A model generated the notes under the pieces. That model worked only from the letters and a program-made list of their open reading frames with translations. It ran no database searches and was not told the DNA's origin. Below, one piece after another: positions 33,967 to 40,256 of a DNA stretch of 42,294 nucleotides (the stretch's first letter is position 1; each line of letters begins with the position of its first letter). The stretch comes from a virus. The position numbers were made by a program, and so were the translations under genes. Location of the stretch: positions 1 to 42,294 of IMG/VR virus record IMGVR_UViG_3300000969_000003, one strand, 5' to 3'.

Positions 33967-34860
33967 TTAGATTCTTGAGGCGTTTACTCCCCATTCTTCT
34001 CTGTATGGAACTAATATTCCTCTATCATTAGGCCTATCGGGGGGAAACATAAATTCCCTTCTTTCAGACCTTGATTCTCCGTTTTGTAATCTTCTAGTGA
34101 AATTAAACACGAAAGGTTCTCCAATGTCCACAACTGGGTTGAGGAAAGCAAGCTGAACTGAATCTTGGCCTGTCCTGGAATCAATCGGGTGCATAAGGCT
34201 CTTTTTAAGATCAGGGATAAATTGGTCCCTGGTTTGCTCAAGGCCTTTAAGCTTAGAGAAATTGTATATATTCCTTAGCTCAGTTCTTGCTATTCTTCTT
34301 ATTTTCCATTCCTCACCAATGAAAAACCTACCAATATCACCAACAATCCTGGAAACACTTCTCTGAGTAGTTTCTCTGGAAGCTAGGCTTTGAACTAGAT
34401 TTGATGTGATTTGAGACCTAAGCCCCTCGGAGTAAGCATCAATTGACGCTTCATGTTTATTTAGTAAGAAATTCTGAGCTTCTGAAGCTGCAAGAATAGC
34501 ATTAATATTTATCGGCTGCTCTGCTGCCTCGAACTTCGCTGAGAATCTTTCCACTTCTCTAATGAGATCACTAACCCCTCTTGTGGAGAGGACTTCTGAT
34601 GAGTCTCGCATCTGGCCTTTAAGGTCTCGTTTAATTGTTTCAATCGAAGCCTGAACTTGCACCAGCGTAATATTAAGTTGCTGCTCAGTGAAAGTACCCT
34701 CTGGTATGGTAAGTAAGCGGTCTTGTAGGTCTCGTCTGACTTGTCGAAAAACACTAAGTAACTTACGTTGTTCTTTTTCTTGAAGGTTATCAACTGTAGT
34801 GATGGTTCTCTCAACCAGGCTTTTAACTGTATCATCTTCAAAGAAAGCCTCCTTACTCAA
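33967..34860 (-). CDS. Head morphogenesis protein, SPP1 gp7 / Mu F-like
   Basis: RRIARTELRNIYN and FPPDRPNDRGILVPY correspond to the MuF 'TE...a.n' and 'PP.HpnCRC' regions. Confidence 0.65.
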   Translation of the reverse strand: MSKEAFFEDDTVKSLVERTITTVDNLQEKEQRKLLSVFRQVRRDLQDRLLTIPEGTFTEQQLNITLVQVQASIETIKRDLKGQMRDSSEVLSTRGVSDLIREVERFSAKFEAAEQPININAILAASEAQNFLLNKHEASIDAYSEGLRSQITSNLVQSLASRETTQRSVSRIVGDIGRFFIGEEWKIRRIARTELRNIYNFSKLKGLEQTRDQFIPDLKKSLMHPIDSRTGQDSVQLAFLNPVVDIGEPFVFNFTRRLQNGESRSERREFMFPPDRPNDRGILVPYREEWGVNASRI

Positions 34861-35474
34861 TTTCCACCTCTAACAACAGTGAATCCTGTTGAGCTGAATT
34901 TCTGAAGTGCTCTTATCTTTGCTGATTTGCCCAGCAAATTGAAGGCTTTCGTACTAATTGCTGTTGTCCCTGCAAATATTGCCGAGTTTATAGCTTGTTC
35001 TCCAACCTCACCACCAATTGAACGGTCATCATCTATGAGGTTACTAAACCCTGCTGCAATGGCCGCTGACCCTGCGAGGATTCCTGCCCTTCTGATATTG
35101 AATGAAGCTTTAAATAATCTATCTGATTTCTTCTTTGTGATCTTTGATCTCTGAGCTGCTTCTTTCTTCTCAATAGCAGAGAACAAATCAGGAGCAGCAA
35201 AGATTTGTTTATTCTTCTCGGTTGCTGCTTTATTCTGAGCTTTAACCCTGGAACCTTCTCTAAATATTCCGGCTCCAAAAACACCTGAGAGAACTGTTGT
35301 CAAACCACCTACTCCCAGGAGATTGAAACCAGTCTCTCTCTTTTCTTTCCTGGACCTTACAGGTCTCTTTGGCTTATCAGCTTTAGGAGAGTTATTCTTT
35401 CCCTTACCTTTCCCACCAATAGGAACTATCTTTCCATTTCTTCTAATGAATCTAGGTTTGTTATCCTTATTCAT
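34857..35474 (-). CDS. Basic protein with Gly/Ala-rich hydrophobic segments (205 aa); possible internal or ejection protein
   Basis: A Lys/Arg-rich N-terminus, then GVGGLTTVLSGVFGAGIF, AGILAGSAAIAAGF and AINSAIFAGTTAI segments. Confidence 0.55.
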   Translation of the reverse strand: MNKDNKPRFIRRNGKIVPIGGKGKGKNNSPKADKPKRPVRSRKEKRETGFNLLGVGGLTTVLSGVFGAGIFREGSRVKAQNKAATEKNKQIFAAPDLFSAIEKKEAAQRSKITKKKSDRLFKASFNIRRAGILAGSAAIAAGFSNLIDDDRSIGGEVGEQAINSAIFAGTTAISTKAFNLLGKSAKIRALQKFSSTGFTVVRGGN

Positions 35475-35867
35475 TTACTGAATACCCTCAACAATAAATT
35501 TAACATCGCTCCAAGGAGTACTTCCGCCTAACCCTACTAAACCTTCGTTAGAGTCAAAGTCTAATACATTTAATTGTAATACAAGAGTTCCTGACCCTGT
35601 ACCATCAAAGAATCTAAAATTAAAAGAACCAGGCTCAGCTCCATTTGAAGGCGGCTTTACTTCAAATAAATCACAAGGAACCTCTATATTAGGCGTAATA
35701 AAAGTGTTTGCATTTCCATCTAATTGAGCTAAGGCAAATACTCGTATTGAAGTGTAACTTTCTTTTAATTTATTCCAGGTTAAGTCCTCATTTAATATTT
35801 CAATAGTCTGCCCTATTCCTGTTGCTATACCTGTCCCTACTCTTGTTTTTGAATCAAATTTTCCCAT
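35475..35867 (-). CDS. Hypothetical virion-module protein (130 aa)
   Basis: ORF tightly packed after the portal gene. Confidence 0.6.
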   Translation of the reverse strand: MGKFDSKTRVGTGIATGIGQTIEILNEDLTWNKLKESYTSIRVFALAQLDGNANTFITPNIEVPCDLFEVKPPSNGAEPGSFNFRFFDGTGSGTLVLQLNVLDFDSNEGLVGLGGSTPWSDVKFIVEGIQ

Positions 35868-35868
35868 G

Positions 35869-37365
35869 TTAAAAGCTCCCGAATGGATTTATTACCGGTT
35901 GGTTTTCAATTTTAGCTAATTCTTCCTCAATGTCTTCAATATCAAAGTCCTTAGCTAACCAACGAGTCATTGTTTCTCTTGATATAATATTACCACTTGC
36001 AGCCTGTACTGCAACACTCACCTTTTTTTGTAGGTCTTCAATCGTTTGAGGAAATACAGGTGGAAATGATGCGATAGGAAAGAAGTTTATTGGATTGTAC
36101 CCTTCAGGCATATTCACCGGAACAGCAGCGAACTTCCTAGCTTGAATGGCATTTGTCAGGGCCATTTTCATCATTAGGTTTCTAATGTGTCCTTCAAATT
36201 GAGGCTGTAATTCCTCAACTAGCTCAACCATAGGGCCATGTAAAACTTCCATTGCTCTACCACTAGATGCATGAGTGACTACTTTCTCAGGGTCTAAGAG
36301 TACAATTCTTGCAAGGTCTTGAATGGATAGTCTTACCTTACCTCTAAATTCAATTGCCATTTCAGGGCCTGTCATTGAAGCCTCTAGTAATTTGGCATCA
36401 CCTTCACGACCTAAGTTCCATGCTTTCTCTGATGATCTAACAAGTTGGTTTATCTCCTCCTCATCCATGTTCTGAAGTAATAGCTGAGGGTCTTGATTAT
36501 AAGATACAGCATCACTCGTTTGAGAGATTGAATAATTGAGCTCATCAATAAACTCTAAAATATCGCCAACAATTGACTGCCCATCTATTGAGTTAGTTTC
36601 CTCAGAAGTGACAAGCCATTCACCTTGTACGAATCCAAGTCCATGATCTGCTCTATCAACAACACTAAATTCAGGTTCTGATGATGAGTCATAAGTTGGA
36701 GAGTCATACATTATATCTGAAGTTTTAGTGAGCTCCATTTTGAACCATTTCTTTACAGGCTCTCCATGTTCGTCTAAGTCCTCAGGGTCTTCATAGACAT
36801 ATTTAATTTCTATTGATTCAAGGTCATTGTTGGCATCAAATGTTGGAAAGCACCACTTAGCTAGATAATGCTCTATTTTCCATTGTCCATTCACCAGGGA
36901 GAATCTTACAAATACTGAACCTGAGTTTAGGCATCTTCTAACCGGTTCAACTAACTTTGCCCTAAGGCTCGAGGATTGAAGAATCTTTCTATAAAAGTCC
37001 TCAGTATCAGGGTCCCCTTCTGTTTTCCAGGTTGGAAAGTTCTTTTTTCCAACTAACTTAGAAGCTAGTCTACAACAGAGAACTTTAGCAAAGTTATAGT
37101 TAAGCTTAGGGGCTCTGTCTTTCATCTTCACATAGCCATTATCACCTGAAAGCTTTTCATCCCAGGGTTGGAGATGGTCGTATTGTCTTCTCTCATAATA
37201 AGCATCATACTCATCCAACATAGCATTACGAAATGTTTGAGATACGTCACCATTGTTGCCGTCTTCTCTTGATGATATTACACCTAGTCGTTTAGAAACT
37301 CTTGACTGTGACCGGCCTGTAAACTTCCTTACTGACATATTACCTACTCCCCACTGTTCTGACAT
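35869..37365 (-). CDS. Portal protein (498 aa)
   Basis: Directly downstream of, and overlapping, the large terminase gene. Size is typical. Confidence 0.8.
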   Translation of the reverse strand: MSEQWGVGNMSVRKFTGRSQSRVSKRLGVISSREDGNNGDVSQTFRNAMLDEYDAYYERRQYDHLQPWDEKLSGDNGYVKMKDRAPKLNYNFAKVLCCRLASKLVGKKNFPTWKTEGDPDTEDFYRKILQSSSLRAKLVEPVRRCLNSGSVFVRFSLVNGQWKIEHYLAKWCFPTFDANNDLESIEIKYVYEDPEDLDEHGEPVKKWFKMELTKTSDIMYDSPTYDSSSEPEFSVVDRADHGLGFVQGEWLVTSEETNSIDGQSIVGDILEFIDELNYSISQTSDAVSYNQDPQLLLQNMDEEEINQLVRSSEKAWNLGREGDAKLLEASMTGPEMAIEFRGKVRLSIQDLARIVLLDPEKVVTHASSGRAMEVLHGPMVELVEELQPQFEGHIRNLMMKMALTNAIQARKFAAVPVNMPEGYNPINFFPIASFPPVFPQTIEDLQKKVSVAVQAASGNIISRETMTRWLAKDFDIEDIEEELAKIENQPVINPFGSF

Positions 37366-39028
37366 TTACTGGTGACGCTTTATATCTATTATTAACTAGA
37401 CCCCATAACATTTCTATTACATCGGGCGCATCATCATGAACGTCTTTTGCTGGAAACTGTTCAACCTGTTCCATGAATGACATGCTCAGGCTTTTATTAA
37501 ACAATATCCAACCATTGTTTATTTTTGGTTCGAGAGTAAATATCCTCTCAGTTTTCTTTTCTCTATTTTCGATCTCATAGAAAGGGATTCTAACTCCCCA
37601 ATCCTTGACCTTATCTTTTCTTCTCTGCTTTTCAATCTTTCTTTTTTCTCTTGCTATGTTCTCAATTAATAAGCCTCTATACAAGTTTGTTTCTATTCCA
37701 AACTTCTCAAAGTTCATTTCCCAGTGTTGCTCAAATATCTGTCTAATATACTCTGAAGGCTTTTCTCTCTTTGTCCAATCCCTGGCAACGAACAACCTTC
37801 CTTTCAAATCTTTATAGCCCCCTGCAATAGCAGTATAATCAAGCTTACCTTTTGTCCCTGTCTTTGATGTTCCTGTTGCTGGGTCAATTGCCCCATAAGC
37901 TTCAGTATCTTTCTTAGGGATAAAGACTCCTGTTTTCTCAATACGAAAACCTTCAACACCTTTTTCATTTATCTCTTCAGTGTACCACCAAATATTATCA
38001 AATAAAGCATCTGATGATGGAAGGGGAGAATTTTGCTTTTCTTTCATGAAAGCTCGCTTGCCCTTCTCTTCAAGTTCTTTCATCAGTGCTAAGTATGGTT
38101 CTTTCTCAGGCCATAGTACCTCAGCACCTTTGAGCATTTCCTCTTCATTATCCTTATAAAACTTATCAGATTTAGCTAACCTGTCGTCGTCATCAATATT
38201 TCTATATATCTTTTTCCAGGTGTTCCATAGTTTCTTATTATCTGCCCATGAGATAACTGATTTATAAATATTAGTTTTATAACCAGGATTGTTCTTCAAT
38301 GTCATGAGGAGTGATTCTCTGTGGAGAACTGTTCCAACAATTTCTATGTCCGTAAATGGGTCACCGAGATTGGATATGACTTCAAAGAACCAGTCTTTTG
38401 TTTTTTCTCTGAGGTCTTCTGAGAGTACCGCTTCCGAGTCCTCGGCATCATCGAGTAAGATTTTAGACGGCCTGTGCTCCCTGTAACGTAACCCTCGAAC
38501 TTCCGTCCCGGCAGAAACCGAACGTAGAAAGACCTCACCATTTGGCGTATTAACCTCAAAGCTTTCCGCATTGACCCTTTTATTCTTAAAACCAACACCA
38601 TAAACATTAACCAACAAATCGTTATCAAATAACTCAGACCGAATGTCTTTAAGTTTCTCTCCACTCTGGGACTTAGTGGCCGCGATAAATAAGATATATT
38701 TTTGGAGTTGATAGCAAATATCATGGAGTGGTTTGAATAACGTCTTAACTGTACTCTTAGCGTAACCTCTAGGGGCACAATCAACCTGTCGAGCAATAGA
38801 GACTTTAGTTCTGTAATACTCGAAGATATCCTTATGAAACTGATTCCAACCGTACTTACAATAATGTGGGAAGAATATCTCGCAAAAAGTTTGGAAATCC
38901 TTCTCGCACCTTGCATGAATCGCCTCATAACTTTGGTCAATTTCATCATTCTCCGCTAATTGATTTAACAGCTTTGAGAAGTTTTTCTTTGATAACCCCT
39001 GTATTCTTTCTTTCAGCCCCTTGTCCAT
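37340..39028 (-). CDS. terL: Terminase large subunit
   Basis: CAPRGYAKST (Walker A-like), KILLDDAED (Walker B), and the nuclease segments GAIDPATG and VHDDAPDVIEM. Confidence 0.9.
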   Translation of the reverse strand: MDKGLKERIQGLSKKNFSKLLNQLAENDEIDQSYEAIHARCEKDFQTFCEIFFPHYCKYGWNQFHKDIFEYYRTKVSIARQVDCAPRGYAKSTVKTLFKPLHDICYQLQKYILFIAATKSQSGEKLKDIRSELFDNDLLVNVYGVGFKNKRVNAESFEVNTPNGEVFLRSVSAGTEVRGLRYREHRPSKILLDDAEDSEAVLSEDLREKTKDWFFEVISNLGDPFTDIEIVGTVLHRESLLMTLKNNPGYKTNIYKSVISWADNKKLWNTWKKIYRNIDDDDRLAKSDKFYKDNEEEMLKGAEVLWPEKEPYLALMKELEEKGKRAFMKEKQNSPLPSSDALFDNIWWYTEEINEKGVEGFRIEKTGVFIPKKDTEAYGAIDPATGTSKTGTKGKLDYTAIAGGYKDLKGRLFVARDWTKREKPSEYIRQIFEQHWEMNFEKFGIETNLYRGLLIENIAREKRKIEKQRRKDKVKDWGVRIPFYEIENREKKTERIFTLEPKINNGWILFNKSLSMSFMEQVEQFPAKDVHDDAPDVIEMLWGLVNNRYKASPVNVRTVGSR

Positions 39029-39482
39029 CTAAAATTCCTAGGTGTTTGCTTAACATTTCTAAAGCTTTCAATGAGTCTTTAAGTCTTACTTTCTTTTTAT
39101 ATCCGAGCAGCCCACCATCACCATCTGAGATTGGGCTTACTTCAATATCTTGAATCATGGCCATTTCAGCGTCTGTTAATTCTTCTGATGATTTGAGATC
39201 AAGTCCCTTGTCAGTCCAGACACAAACCATACCCATATGTCCGAAAGCTATATTAGCGAGTCTCTGCACTACCATATCACCCGAGAGCTCTAATCTTTTC
39301 TTTCTTTTAGACATTAGTTGTCGAATTCGACTCTGAATGTTATTTTTTGTTAGCATTTTTGACGCTTGTACCCGAGCTGACCCTTTTGCGTAACCGGCCC
39401 TTATTGCGGCTTGTGATGCATTAAGGTCTTTTACATATTCTAAACAAAACTTATCTTGCTTTTCTGTCAGTTGATCTGCCAT
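38946..39482 (-). CDS. terS: Terminase small subunit (Terminase_2 type)
   Basis: LTEKQDKFCLEYVKDLNASQAAIRAGYAKGSARVQASKMLTKNNIQ is the classic N-terminal HTH of this family. Confidence 0.85.
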   Translation of the reverse strand: MADQLTEKQDKFCLEYVKDLNASQAAIRAGYAKGSARVQASKMLTKNNIQSRIRQLMSKRKKRLELSGDMVVQRLANIAFGHMGMVCVWTDKGLDLKSSEELTDAEMAMIQDIEVSPISDGDGGLLGYKKKVRLKDSLKALEMLSKHLGILDGQGAERKNTGVIKEKLLKAVKSISGE

Positions 39483-39488
39483 AAAATC

Positions 39489-39704
39489 CTAGTGTGCGAG
39501 GTCAATCACAGCATCAATACACTGTGCATATTTAAACTCATCTGATTTATCGAACTGAAGTTTTAGAGAAATCCAATCATCTTCAGACATATCAAAGAAG
39601 TAACGAGCTTTCCCTCGGGAAATCTTATCAATTCTTGCTGCGTGAATATTTTTGAATCTGAGGTAAGCCACAAACTTGATGTTTTTAGTGTCTTTAGTAA
39701 CCAT
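39489..39704 (-). CDS. Small conserved phage protein (71 aa), first gene of the late operon; possibly DUF5659-like
   Basis: ORF preceded by the conserved leader motif. The family assignment is a weak recollection. Confidence 0.6.
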   Translation of the reverse strand: MVTKDTKNIKFVAYLRFKNIHAARIDKISRGKARYFFDMSEDDWISLKLQFDKSDEFKYAQCIDAVIDLAH

Positions 39705-39725
39705 AACTATATCCTATTTCTAACT
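39702..39725 (-). promoter_or_regulatory. Conserved leader motif, copy 2: AGTTAGAAATAGGATATAGTT-ATG
   Basis: Identical to 958..980 except for one extra A. Confidence 0.6.
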
Positions 39726-39780
39726 AATGCGATAACTACTTAATACTGTAACAGAAAATAAATATTGTCCAATAACTTTT

Positions 39781-39949
39781 TTTTCACAAAACTTACCCCT
39801 ACTTTTCACAATAGGTCCGTTAATTTTCTAACATAATTATATTATACTTTTTCCTGCAGTCGTAACGCACTGTGTTAAGTCTGCAGCTTTTTTCACAAAA
39901 CTTACCCTTTTTTCACGATAGGTCCGTTAACTTTTCACAAAACTTACCC
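39781..39949. repeat. Direct-repeat array: 18-mer TTTTCACAAAACTTACCC x3 (39781, 39890, 39932) and 21-mer TTTTCAC(A/G)ATAGGTCCGTTAA x2 (39803, 39910)
   Basis: Read directly. All copies share one orientation. On the late-gene strand each unit ends in GTGAAAA. Confidence 0.85.
39854..39886. promoter_or_regulatory. Imperfect 33-bp palindrome with CTGCAG ends, centred on 39870, adjacent to a perfect TATAAT on the minus strand (39846..39841)
   Basis: 14 of 16 arm positions pair (13 Watson-Crick plus one G-T). It lies between the two repeat clusters, about 140 nt upstream of the late operon ATG. Confidence 0.4.
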
Positions 39950-39998
39950 TACTATTTCAACCAAATTTTGGTACCCATGCGCATCGTGTCGCAACAAC

Positions 39999-40249
39999 CG
40001 TGGACTGGGTGGACTGTGGACTGGGTAGGTATTTAAAACTTTTTATATATATCAATACGCAAATATGCATATGCACTTTTGCGTTTGCGTATTTGCGTTT
40101 TACTTATTTTAAGACTTTCTATATATTACCTTTTATCCAGTCCAAGAAATAGAAATATAAGAAAAAAGCTAATAAATACGCAAGTTTAAGGGTGGACTGG
40201 GTAGTTGGAAAATGCCCTGTTTTGGACTGGGTGGACTGCTTAACAGGGC
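39999..40249. repeat. Putative replication origin: TGGACTG(GGT) iterons flanking an AT-rich core
   Basis: Forward copies start at 40001, 40010, 40017, 40193, 40223 and 40232. An inverted copy CCAGTCCA lies at 40137..40144. The core holds TTTTATATATATC, ATATGCATATGCA, the inverted repeat ACGCAAATA (40057..40065) / TATTTGCGT (40090..40098), and three TTGCGT copies. Confidence 0.55.
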
Positions 40250-40251
40250 GT
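40212..40251 (-). terminator. Possible terminator of the primase-helicase gene: 8-bp stem GCCCTGTT/AACAGGGC with a 20-nt loop, then ATTTTCC
   Basis: It starts 8 nt after the TAA stop (40259..40257). The loop carries two iteron copies. The long loop and short U-tract lower confidence. Confidence 0.35.
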
Positions 40252-40256
40252 ATTAT

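Noticed and set aside
38344-38949. 201-aa same-strand alternative-frame ORF inside the large terminase gene
   Set aside because: Its Arg/Ser/Leu-rich composition is typical of an off-frame read of a real gene. It coincides with the GC-enriched patch, which removes stop codons. The terminase frame carries all the motifs.
39854-39893. Plus-strand rho-independent terminator (palindrome followed by T6)
   Set aside because: There is no plus-strand gene upstream to terminate. The stem has mismatches and is AT-rich. On the transcribed (minus) strand no U-tract follows. I keep it only as a palindromic regulatory candidate.
39781-39949. CRISPR-like array
   Set aside because: There are only three 18-nt and two 21-nt repeats. 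The spacers are irregular, from very short to about 90 nt. No cas genes are present, and the array lies in a phage control region. I treat it as protein-binding repeats instead.
39890-39949. Bacteroidetes-type promoters (TAnnTTTG) within GGGTAAGTTTTG
   Set aside because: The match is off by one T and has no properly spaced -33 TTTG. The genome also uses strong Shine-Dalgarno sites (AAGGAG, GGAGAG) throughout, which argues against a Bacteroidetes-style expression system.
40133-40141. DnaA box (TTATCCAGT versus consensus TTATCCACA)
   Set aside because: Only 7 of 9 positions match, in a single copy, and it overlaps the inverted iteron. That is insufficient to claim host DnaA dependence.
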